Source of the DNA: Minisyncoccota bacterium
GTDB taxonomy: Bacteria; Patescibacteriota; Minisyncoccia; Phycocordibacterales; JAQTLZ01
Assembly: GCA_028711065.1 (NCBI GenBank)
Contig: JAQTSY010000001.1
Coordinates: 22,610 to 86,609, forward strand
DNA: 64,000 bases
Direction: 5' to 3'
The notes under the pieces are model-generated. The model was not told the DNA's origin. It made no database searches and worked only from the letters and a program-made list of their open reading frames with translations. The number at the start of each line of letters is the position of its first letter. Within the stretch, counting starts at the first letter, position 1. Made by a program: the position numbers and the translations under genes. Positions 28,823 to 36,421 of this stretch are shown here, piece by piece.

Positions 28823-29224
28823 TCAGTGGGGGATATTATATCCCTCTTCGATAACACCGAGACCGAAAAGCACAGCCGCGAGCAACGTGGGAGCCTTCGT
28901 TACTTCCAAAATCTCGGTTGCCCCCACATCCGTAAAGCCCTCGGCATTGCCGCCCGAAATGACAATGATTGGGACCTCCGGACTTTGTTCCCTAATCATT
29001 CGCACGGCGTCAACGGATGATTTGTTTCGCAGACTACTGTGCACAATCACAGCAGCAATACCGGCTGATTCTGCACGGAAATCAGTTACGAGCTGCGCCG
29101 AGCTTGTGACCGGGATGATGCTTTCAAGCGGAATCCCCACCCTAGTAAGCCTCTCACAGAGAAGCTTCTTGATCTCGGGATCGCTCTCCGCAAGCATCAA
29201 CTTCATGTTCGGTGCTAACTTCAT
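28823..29224 (-). CDS. stand-alone receiver (REC, CheY-like) domain protein with non-canonical active site (pseudo-receiver?)
   Basis: REC-fold pattern 'KLMLAESDPEIKKLL...AAVIVHSSL...PIIVISG...K'. The position of the phospho-acceptor Asp appears to be occupied by His/Ser. A 'ggaggg' SD is present. Local GC-rich segment on the opposite strand to the uvr genes. Confidence 0.5.
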   Translation of the reverse strand: MKLAPNMKLMLAESDPEIKKLLCERLTRVGIPLESIIPVTSSAQLVTDFRAESAGIAAVIVHSSLRNKSSVDAVRMIREQSPEVPIIVISGGNAEGFTDVGATEILEVTKAPTLLAAVLFGLGVIEEGYNIPH

Positions 29225-29294
29225 GGCCGATGGCCCTCCATTTGGGTTTACTTGCAAAAACAGCGAGCTATACTGTATCATTCAAAACACTCTT

Positions 29295-30509
29295 ATGTCA
29301 ATAAGTCAAGAATCACTGAAAAATCTGCCCGACTCGCCCGGAGTCTACTTTTTTCGATACGGAAAAGAGATTCTTTACATCGGCAAAGCCACATCTCTTC
29401 ACGACCGAGTGAAAAGCTATTTTTCAGCTCGTCTTGGAGAGGCTCGTAGCCCGCTTATCACCAGAATGGTTGAAAAAGCGGATTCTCTTGATTTTCAGAT
29501 TACTGATTCAGTGCTCGAAGCTCTGATTCTTGAAGCCGCACTTATAAAGAAATACCAGCCAAAATACAATACGGATGAAAAAGACGATAAAAGCTACAAC
29601 TATGTCGTTTTCACAAAAGAAGATTTCCCACGAATTCTTTTGGTTCGTGGCAAAAACCTAGATTCTCTGGATTATAAAGTGAAAGATATTTTCGGTCCAT
29701 TTCCGAATGGTGGGCAGTTAAAAATTGCACTTAAAATTATTCGTAAAATTTTCCCTTATAGAGATAACTGTACTCCGCTTCAGGGAAAATTGTGTTTCAA
29801 CGCCCAAATTGGCCTTTGCCCGGGCGTATGCGATGGACAAATGGGAAAAATTGAATACGTTCGTCAAATCAGACACCTCAAACTCTTTTTTGAAGGTAAA
29901 AAGTCTGCTCTAGTGAGATCTCTTGAAAAAGAGATGAAAACCCTCGCCAAAAATCGAGAGTTTGAAAAAGCGGAAATTATTAAAAGACAGATTTTTGCCC
30001 TTGGGCACATTCAAGACGTGGCGCTTTTGCGCCCTGAAAGAGACGGAACCATTCGCGCGAATGGTTCCGTCTGGAGAATTGAGGCTTATGACGTTGCGCA
30101 TATAAGCGGAACTTCAACCGTGGGAGTCATGACTGTTGTTGAAGATGGGGAAGTGAAAAAGGCCGATTACCGAATGTTTAAAATTCGCACTGCCAAGGCA
30201 GGAAGCGATACAGGGGCACTTCAGGAAGTCCTTGAACGCAGACTGAAACACTCCGAATGGCCCACCGCAAATTTAATTGTGATTGATGGTGGAATTGCGC
30301 AAAGAAATTTGGCAGAAAAAGTATTAGAAAAGAGCGGGCTGAAAATTCCAATCATAAACGTAGTGAAAGACGATCGACACAAACCCGACCATTTTCTAGG
30401 GAGTGAATCGCTTGCTCAAAAATATAAAAAAGAAATTCTCTTAGCGAACAGCGAAGCGCACCGATTCGCAATTTCGTATCATAAAAAACTGCGAGGAATA
30501 ATCGGCTAG
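29295..30509 (+). CDS. uvrC: excinuclease ABC subunit C, short form (GIY-YIG + UVR + RNase H-like endonuclease domain; no C-terminal HhH)
   Basis: 'GVYFFRYGKEILYIGKATSLHDRVKSYF' GIY-YIG, a UVR motif 'VRSLEKEMKTLAKNREFEKAEIIKRQIFAL' and 'AYDVAHISG' are present. The protein ends at ~404 aa, before any HhH domain. Confidence 0.85.
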   Translation: MSISQESLKNLPDSPGVYFFRYGKEILYIGKATSLHDRVKSYFSARLGEARSPLITRMVEKADSLDFQITDSVLEALILEAALIKKYQPKYNTDEKDDKSYNYVVFTKEDFPRILLVRGKNLDSLDYKVKDIFGPFPNGGQLKIALKIIRKIFPYRDNCTPLQGKLCFNAQIGLCPGVCDGQMGKIEYVRQIRHLKLFFEGKKSALVRSLEKEMKTLAKNREFEKAEIIKRQIFALGHIQDVALLRPERDGTIRANGSVWRIEAYDVAHISGTSTVGVMTVVEDGEVKKADYRMFKIRTAKAGSDTGALQEVLERRLKHSEWPTANLIVIDGGIAQRNLAEKVLEKSGLKIPIINVVKDDRHKPDHFLGSESLAQKYKKEILLANSEAHRFAISYHKKLRGIIG

Positions 30510-30919
30510 CAATCCTTGCTTTTGCTGTCATATTTTTTTAGTCAACAGATTTAGAAATTCAATCGCGAAAGAGGCCTTGTTGACAGCATGGTGCCGTCAG
30601 CAATAGACCATATTGGTGCATTTTGCGGTTGATAGCTGGGAATGGGGTGTGCAGACATGCCCCAGAGCACAGTTGCGCCACCTAGTCTCATAGAGTGGGG
30701 GAGAATAACCGGGACCTTCTTCCCCGTGCGTCCTTTGAGGAACAGGCAACTCGGCAGGTCCGAGTCATTCGGATCAAACCTCCGGAGGAGGAGAAAGTAG
30801 CGCGCTTTCTTTACTCCTCCGGAGGGCCGTCCATTTAAGAATCCCTATCCAATAGGAATGATTTGTGAACTCGATTTTCAACAAGTACTGAAATTCGAGT
30901 TTTTTGTTATACTATTTGC

Positions 30920-31894
30920 ATGTCAAAAATCCGTGTCGGAGTTTTGCGGGGAGGAACCTCCCGCGAATACGAAAAATCTCTCAAAAGCGGAGCGAGTGTT
31001 CTCCAAAATCTTCCGGAAAAATATATCGGATGCGATATTCTCATTACAAAAGAGGGCACGTGGCATCTCGGAGGCATTCCCATCACTCCTGAAAAACTTT
31101 TCAAAAAAGTGGATGTTATTTTTAACGCCCTTCAGGGAGACTTTCTAGAAAATCGCCACATCCAACATATATTTGAATCTCATAATATTCCTTATACTGG
31201 GGCCGATTCTCTTTCTTCTATCGTCACAACAAATAAGGCCCTAGTGAAGAAAGTATTATCTCTGCACGGTATTAAAGTCCCTTATTCAATTCAAGTAAAA
31301 AAAATAGATCACACGAAAGAAAAAATAAGAGAAATTTTCAGAACATTCCCAATGCCTGCCATAGTGAAGCCCCTTTCTTCGACTTATTCCCTTGGTGTTT
31401 CTCTTGCCAAAACTCTAAAAGAACTTGAGGAAGGAATGGAAAGAGCTTTTGCTTACTCATCTACAGTAATTATCGAAGAATATATTAAAGGGAAAGACGC
31501 CAAGTGTCTTGTGGTGGAAAAATTTCGGAAAAAAAAATATTACGCATTCCTGCCGATTGAACTCAAAAGACCAAAGGGCGCAGAATTTCTTGATAACACA
31601 ATTCGTATTTCAGGTGTTGCAGAAAAAATAAGTCCGGGAAATTTTACTCAGAAAGAAAAGGAGGGAATGGAACATGCCGCAATCAGTGCCCATCGAATCG
31701 TTGGTTTACGCCACTCATCAAAAACTGATTTTGTGGTGAATCCAAGGCGAGGAGTGTATTTACTCGAAATAGATCCTTTACAGGGATTTGATGAAGACTC
31801 ATCAACATCTAAATCGCTCTCTGCTGTGGGAGCAAAGATGTCCCATTTTGTTGACCATATGATTGGGCTGGCTTTGGCAGATAAGAAAAGGTAA
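30920..31894 (+). CDS. ddl: D-alanine--D-alanine ligase
   Basis: Ddl N-terminus 'IRVGVLRGGTSREYEKSLKSG' and ATP-grasp motifs. 'GSGKST'-type motifs are absent, as expected. Confidence 0.85.
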   Translation: MSKIRVGVLRGGTSREYEKSLKSGASVLQNLPEKYIGCDILITKEGTWHLGGIPITPEKLFKKVDVIFNALQGDFLENRHIQHIFESHNIPYTGADSLSSIVTTNKALVKKVLSLHGIKVPYSIQVKKIDHTKEKIREIFRTFPMPAIVKPLSSTYSLGVSLAKTLKELEEGMERAFAYSSTVIIEEYIKGKDAKCLVVEKFRKKKYYAFLPIELKRPKGAEFLDNTIRISGVAEKISPGNFTQKEKEGMEHAAISAHRIVGLRHSSKTDFVVNPRRGVYLLEIDPLQGFDEDSSTSKSLSAVGAKMSHFVDHMIGLALADKKR

Positions 31895-31965
31895 AAAGTA
31901 TAAGAGTCGACCCTTACAGGGTCAGTACCCCGATTGGTCCGTCAGTAGACGGAGCTCAATCGGGC

Positions 31966-32063
31966 TTCGACTCTCCTGCATGAGCAATCCCCATTGCTCA
32001 TTCGGGTCCACAAATCGAAAACCGCCTTTCGGCGGTCGATTTGTGGACCCGAGGAGAGTCGAA
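31966..32063. repeat. 28-bp inverted repeat duplicating tRNA-Ala nt 50-73 plus 8 nt of trailer, with a 25-bp hairpin insertion in the left copy
   Basis: Left arm 31966-31977 + 32003-32018 ('ttcgactctcct' ... 'cgggtccacaaatcga') is the exact reverse complement of 32036-32063. The arms surround the terminator hairpin 'ccgcc-tttc-ggcgg'. The inserted 25 nt form 'gagcaat-cccc-attgctc'. Confidence 0.6.
32010..32035 (-). terminator. intrinsic terminator of the tRNA-Ala transcript (also usable for ddl on the + strand)
   Basis: On the minus strand the tRNA trailer 'caaatcga' is followed by 'ccgcc-gaaa-ggcgg' and 'ttttcgatttg'. Confidence 0.6.
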
Positions 32064-32116
32064 CTCCTGACCTTTGCTTTGCAAAAGCACTGCTCTACCA
32101 GCTGAGCTACGGGCCC
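32044..32116 (-). tRNA. tRNA-Ala (anticodon UGC)
   Basis: Minus-strand sequence GGGCCCGTAGCTCAGCTGGTAGAGCAGTGCTTTTGCAAAGCAAAGGTCAGGAGTTCGACTCTCCTCGGGTCCA folds as a 73-nt cloverleaf. It has the G3:U70 Ala identity pair, anticodon loop tTTGCAa, a T-loop TTCGACT and discriminator A. CCA is not encoded. Confidence 0.85.
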
Positions 32117-32188
32117 TTTTTGATAACGCGATAGATTCTACACGAATTTTGATTCCGTGACAATTCTCTTAAATCGTTATCCATTTTC

Positions 32189-32497
32189 TTACTCTTGCGG
32201 CTGTCTTCTGGCCCTCTGCTTTTCCCTTTCTTCCTCTCTTTCTGCGATTTCGGAATCGCGAGTAATTTGGTTTAAGCTTTCCTTGAATTGTTCATCGCGG
32301 AATTTCAGCTGACGCATTTCTTCTTTCTCCCGCTCCAATTTCTGCTCTTTCATCGTAAGGTCAAACTTTTCTTGGCGATTTCTTCGTGTTTCATCCGCAA
32401 TTGTGACAGTTTTTTTCCTAATGTCATTTTCTAAATTTCGTATTTCATCTTCAGTTCGAACTTTTTTATTTTTAAGCTCATTTAATTTTGATTGCAT
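32189..32497 (-). CDS. hypothetical coiled-coil protein (Glu/Lys/Arg-rich, 102 aa)
   Basis: Charged heptad-like sequence 'KLNELKNKKVRTEDEIRNLENDIRKK...' in an ORF divergent from the PPDK_N operon. Confidence 0.35.
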   Translation of the reverse strand: MQSKLNELKNKKVRTEDEIRNLENDIRKKTVTIADETRRNRQEKFDLTMKEQKLEREKEEMRQLKFRDEQFKESLNQITRDSEIAEREEEREKQRARRQPQE

Positions 32498-32617
32498 ATA
32501 AGTACTATTTACTAAAAAATGAATTGGTTTTAATACCCATAATTATGCCCTTTTTTGAAACGGCTCGCAATTGTATCGGTTTGATAAACGCTAGAAAAAT
32601 GGTAAAGTGATACTCAT

Positions 32618-33571
32618 ATGAAAACAGCCTATATCAAGGCTTTTAAAGAGCTCGGGAAGGGCGATGCAGCCATTGCTGGAGGAAAAGGCGCCTCTTTGGG
32701 CGAGATGACACAAGCTAGAATACCAGTGCCGCCTGGATATGTCATCCTTTCAGCAGCTTTTGAGCATTTTCTCGAAGAGACGAATCTAAACGCGGAAATT
32801 GATACAGAACTCCATAAAGTGGATCACAAGGAAATGCACACAGTTGAGAATGCGTCCGAAACAATCCAGGCTCTTATTTTGGATGCAGATATGCCAGAGG
32901 ATATCGAAAAAGAAATTGAAACCAATTTTAAAAAGCTTGGAGCAAAATTTGTTGCTGTCCGCTCGTCAGCAACGGCCGAAGACTCTTCCGAAGCCGCCTG
33001 GGCAGGCCAGCTTGATAGCTATCTTAATACTACCGAGAAAGAACTCCTCACAAACGTAAAACGCTGTTGGGCATCACTCTTTACACCGCGAGCAATTTTC
33101 TACCGATTTGAAAAAGAACTCCACAAGCAGAAAATTTCCGTTGCAGTAGTCGTCCAGAAAATGGTTGAATCAGAAGTTTCCGGCATCGCTTTCTCCGTAC
33201 ATCCAGTTACAGAGGATTACAACCAGCTCATTATTGAGGGGGGATACGGCTTGGGTGAAGCTATCGTTTCGGGGCAGATCACGCCAGACAGCTATATCGT
33301 TGAGAAAAATCCTCGAAACATCGTGGACGTAAATATTTCTGTTCAAGAAAGAGGGCTCTTTCGTCTGCCAAAGGGTGGAAATGAATGGAGAGATGTTTCA
33401 AAAGAAGAGGGAGAGAAGCAGAAGCTATCAGGAAAACAAATCCTCGAACTTACTGAAATTATCCTTGGAATCGAGAAACACTACGGCTTCCCGTGCGATA
33501 TCGAATGGGCATTTGAAAAAGGAAAATTTTATATCGTTCAGAGCCGACCGATTACTACGCTGAAGAAATAA
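32618..33571 (+). CDS. stand-alone PEP synthase/PPDK-type N-terminal nucleotide-binding (ATP-grasp, PPDK_N) domain protein
   Basis: 'IAGGKGASLGEM' matches the PpsA/PPDK/RPH 'GGKGANLGEL' motif. The ~317-aa length matches the ATP-binding domain of rifampin phosphotransferase. Neither a His swivel nor a PEP/pyruvate TIM-barrel domain is present. Confidence 0.75.
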   Translation: MKTAYIKAFKELGKGDAAIAGGKGASLGEMTQARIPVPPGYVILSAAFEHFLEETNLNAEIDTELHKVDHKEMHTVENASETIQALILDADMPEDIEKEIETNFKKLGAKFVAVRSSATAEDSSEAAWAGQLDSYLNTTEKELLTNVKRCWASLFTPRAIFYRFEKELHKQKISVAVVVQKMVESEVSGIAFSVHPVTEDYNQLIIEGGYGLGEAIVSGQITPDSYIVEKNPRNIVDVNISVQERGLFRLPKGGNEWRDVSKEEGEKQKLSGKQILELTEIILGIEKHYGFPCDIEWAFEKGKFYIVQSRPITTLKK

Positions 33572-33573
33572 CT

Positions 33574-34971
33574 ATGAATCCCGCGCCGGAAACAAAGTGG
33601 GTAAAACTTGGAGATAGAGCCTACCTTCCTTTTTCGTTTTCATTAAATGGAAGTCAAAACTCTGCAAAGTACTTAAAAAAGTACGGAAATTTTGAGAATG
33701 AAGATAGGGCCATTATGTATCAGCATAGATTTTACTGGCCAGAGAACGAAATAGAAAAGATTGCAGACTATCAGATCCGAAGATACAGAACTCAAGGAGC
33801 AAAATACCTCTGGTCAATGGCGAAAAAATGTGAACAAGCCGGCGACGTGTTTCTCAAAAAGATAACTCGAATAATTGACAGAAAAACAGAAAATAAGTCT
33901 GAAGTCCAAGTCAACCTGTCCCTCATCATCGAAGAATACAGAAAATTTGTGGTCTTTATGACTATCCCGTGGGTACTCGATGATTTTTTCGGGCAAGAGC
34001 TCAACGAAATTCTAAACAAACGAAACCTTACGGAAAGAGTAGAAATAGAAAAGAAGCTCAATCAGCCACTAAGATTAAATGAGGGGGAGCTCGAGCAGAT
34101 ATCATTGCTCAAAATCGCGGCTTCGATGAAAAGTGTCGATGATTTTAATCCCGCGATTCTCAAAAAAATCGCCAAACATGTAAATGAATACGGATGGCTG
34201 CCAATTAGATGGTTTGTAGGAAATCCTCTGAAAGAAACAGACGTTATCGAGAGACTGAAACATGTCTTTTCGGACAATCCCCAAGAAAGATCAAAAAGTC
34301 TAAAAGATCAAGCGAAGAAAGTAAAAAAGGAAGCGGAACAAATAATTAGAGAACTCGGATTCAATGAGGAAGAATGCCAATTCGCGTATCTTCTCAAAGA
34401 ATATACGTTTATACGGACATATAGATCGGATCTTATAAACAAAGTAAATTTTATTGTCATACCCATCCTGAAAAAAGCGAGTGCTGAACTTGGAATTCCG
34501 TATAGCGACATCCTCTATTTATCATATGGAGAAATTCTTGAATGTCTTCGAGATGAAAAGAAATTAGCGCACATTACTGTTTTAAGCGGAAAAGAAGCAG
34601 AAGCATTTGCGACAAAAGAAGGAATCCTCGAGCAAAAATCTCTCAACATAAACGAGATAAAAGGGGTTACCGCATATAAGGGGAAGACTTCGGGCAAAGT
34701 TAAAATTGTCCATAACCCTAATGACATTTCCAAAGTAGAAAAAGGGGATATTTTAGTTACTACAATGACTTTTCCTTCCTATATTGCCGCGATGGAGAGG
34801 GCAGCTGCTTTTGTTACCGACGAAGGAGGCGTACTCTGTCATGCAGCCATTGTTGCTCGAGAAATGAAGAAACCGTGTGTCATTGCCACAAAGATCGCAA
34901 CAAAAGCTTTTAAAGACGGTGACATGGTAGAGGTGGATGCAGACACTGGCATCGTCAAAATAATTAAATAA
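33574..34971 (+). CDS. PEP-utilising-enzyme mobile (phosphohistidine swivel) domain protein, paralog 1, with unique ~350-aa N-terminal domain
   Basis: C-terminal 'GVTAYKGKTSGKVKIV...GDILVTTMTFPSY...DEGGVLCHAAIVAREMKKPCVIATK' matches PF00391 with its catalytic His. The N-terminal region is uncharacterised. Confidence 0.75.
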   Translation: MNPAPETKWVKLGDRAYLPFSFSLNGSQNSAKYLKKYGNFENEDRAIMYQHRFYWPENEIEKIADYQIRRYRTQGAKYLWSMAKKCEQAGDVFLKKITRIIDRKTENKSEVQVNLSLIIEEYRKFVVFMTIPWVLDDFFGQELNEILNKRNLTERVEIEKKLNQPLRLNEGELEQISLLKIAASMKSVDDFNPAILKKIAKHVNEYGWLPIRWFVGNPLKETDVIERLKHVFSDNPQERSKSLKDQAKKVKKEAEQIIRELGFNEEECQFAYLLKEYTFIRTYRSDLINKVNFIVIPILKKASAELGIPYSDILYLSYGEILECLRDEKKLAHITVLSGKEAEAFATKEGILEQKSLNINEIKGVTAYKGKTSGKVKIVHNPNDISKVEKGDILVTTMTFPSYIAAMERAAAFVTDEGGVLCHAAIVAREMKKPCVIATKIATKAFKDGDMVEVDADTGIVKIIK

Positions 34972-34972
34972 G

Positions 34973-36421
34973 ATGGAAGAAATTGACGTAACAAAAAAAT
35001 GGGAAAAAATGAGCACGCGGAAGACCCCGATTCACCGCTATTTTGATTTTGCCGAATCCGCAGCGACTGGCTTAAAGAAACTTATGGATGCCGATATTCC
35101 CCAGTCTGTTCTTATATCAAAAGGTGGAGAAGTAACCATGTATACCACAAAGGAGCGGCAGGAGAGCCTCTTTCAGATGATGGCTAAAAGGTTTAAAGAT
35201 AATGCTTTTATAGAATCGGTATTGCCAAAACTGCCCAAAGAACAGGAACTCTTAGTCGAATGGATTAAGACCAGTTGTTCTCTGAAAAAAATTGAAAATT
35301 TATCCAACACCCAATTATCCGATCTTGTTTTAAAACGGCACGAGAAACATATTGAAATTTGCGCGTGGCAGTGGCTAGGGTTTGCTGGAAAACTCTGTAT
35401 TGATGGCGTTGTTGCTGAAAAACTCAAAATATACGACTTGCCGATCGAGAAAAATTTGCAGACTATCTATGCTCATGATTATCCGGCATATGTTGTCTTG
35501 GCGGAGATGGATTTGAAACAAATTGCTCTCAAGGCGCAGAAAGGAGGAGTTGAAGAAAAAATTGACTCTCTTGTCGAGAGATATTTGAAAAAATACAACT
35601 TCATCAATATGTACGATGAGTTATATTCTCCTTCCACAAAAGAAGAAATTACTAAGCGATTGAAGGTTTACAGCAAGGACAAAAAGTTGGAGGAGGAAAT
35701 AGAGTCTTCGCTCAATACATTCAAACAAAATGCAAATTCATTCAAAGAATTTATTTTAAATACCCGCTTTTCCAAAGAAGATAGGACATTCTTTGAATTC
35801 GCACATCAGTTCGCATTATTTCATGAAACACGAAATTTCTCCAAAGGTGCGTCAGCTTTTTATTCGAAACCTTTTTTTAACGAAATTGCCAAGCGGCTGA
35901 AGTTGGATTTACAAGACCTTCTTGCTTTTAATGACTACGAAATCGCAGATGCTCTTAGCGGAATAAAAGAACTAACAATGGCAGAGGGTAAAAATCGACG
36001 CGAGTTTTGTCTGGGATTTTATTCGCAAGAAAAGTGGTTTTTTGACAGTGGAAAGCGTGCCCACGAAATCGCGGAGATAATAACAAAAATAGAGAAGGTA
36101 TCAGAACTGAAGGGGGTCGTCGCTTACAAAGGCGGAATAGTAAAGGGAAAAGTTAAACTGATAAATAGCGTGACTCAAATGGGAAAGCTTGAAAGAGGAG
36201 ATATTCTTGTTTCCTCAATGACCCGTCCGGAATTTATAACAAGTATGGAAAAGGCAGGAGCTATTATCACCGATGAGGGTGGGACTCTCTGTCACGCTGC
36301 AATCGTCGCTCGAGAGCTCAAAAAACCCTCCATTATTGGCACCAAAATTGCTACACAAATTCTTAAAGATGGGGATTTGGTAGAAGTAGATACAGACAGA
36401 GGTATAATAAGAAAATTATGA
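34973..36421 (+). CDS. PEP-utilising-enzyme mobile domain protein, paralog 2
   Basis: C-terminal 'GVVAYKGGIVKGKVKLI...GDILVSSMTRPEF...DEGGTLCHAAIVARELKKPSIIGTK'. The N-terminal domain is divergent. The start lies 2 nt after the previous stop. Confidence 0.75.
   Translation: MEEIDVTKKWEKMSTRKTPIHRYFDFAESAATGLKKLMDADIPQSVLISKGGEVTMYTTKERQESLFQMMAKRFKDNAFIESVLPKLPKEQELLVEWIKTSCSLKKIENLSNTQLSDLVLKRHEKHIEICAWQWLGFAGKLCIDGVVAEKLKIYDLPIEKNLQTIYAHDYPAYVVLAEMDLKQIALKAQKGGVEEKIDSLVERYLKKYNFINMYDELYSPSTKEEITKRLKVYSKDKKLEEEIESSLNTFKQNANSFKEFILNTRFSKEDRTFFEFAHQFALFHETRNFSKGASAFYSKPFFNEIAKRLKLDLQDLLAFNDYEIADALSGIKELTMAEGKNRREFCLGFYSQEKWFFDSGKRAHEIAEIITKIEKVSELKGVVAYKGGIVKGKVKLINSVTQMGKLERGDILVSSMTRPEFITSMEKAGAIITDEGGTLCHAAIVARELKKPSIIGTKIATQILKDGDLVEVDTDRGIIRKL

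Noticed and set aside
28887-29294. Long in-frame N-terminal extension of the uvrC ORF (the track gives a 540-aa ORF starting at 28887)
   Set aside because: The extension is Ser/Thr-rich low-complexity sequence and is the antisense of the REC-domain gene. UvrC-like sequence ('LPDSPGVYFF', GIY-YIG) begins at the Met at 29295, so the shorter start was used.
30510-30900. Assignment of the structured spacer as RNase P RNA, tmRNA or SRP RNA
   Set aside because: I looked for the diagnostic motifs and did not find them. These were 'GGAAAGTCCGG' and 'ACAGAAA' (RNase P P4), the tmRNA tRNA-like ends (GGGG...TTCGA.TCC...CCACCA) and the SRP helix-8 'GGUCCGGAAGGAAGCAGCC'. The region is kept only as an unassigned candidate.
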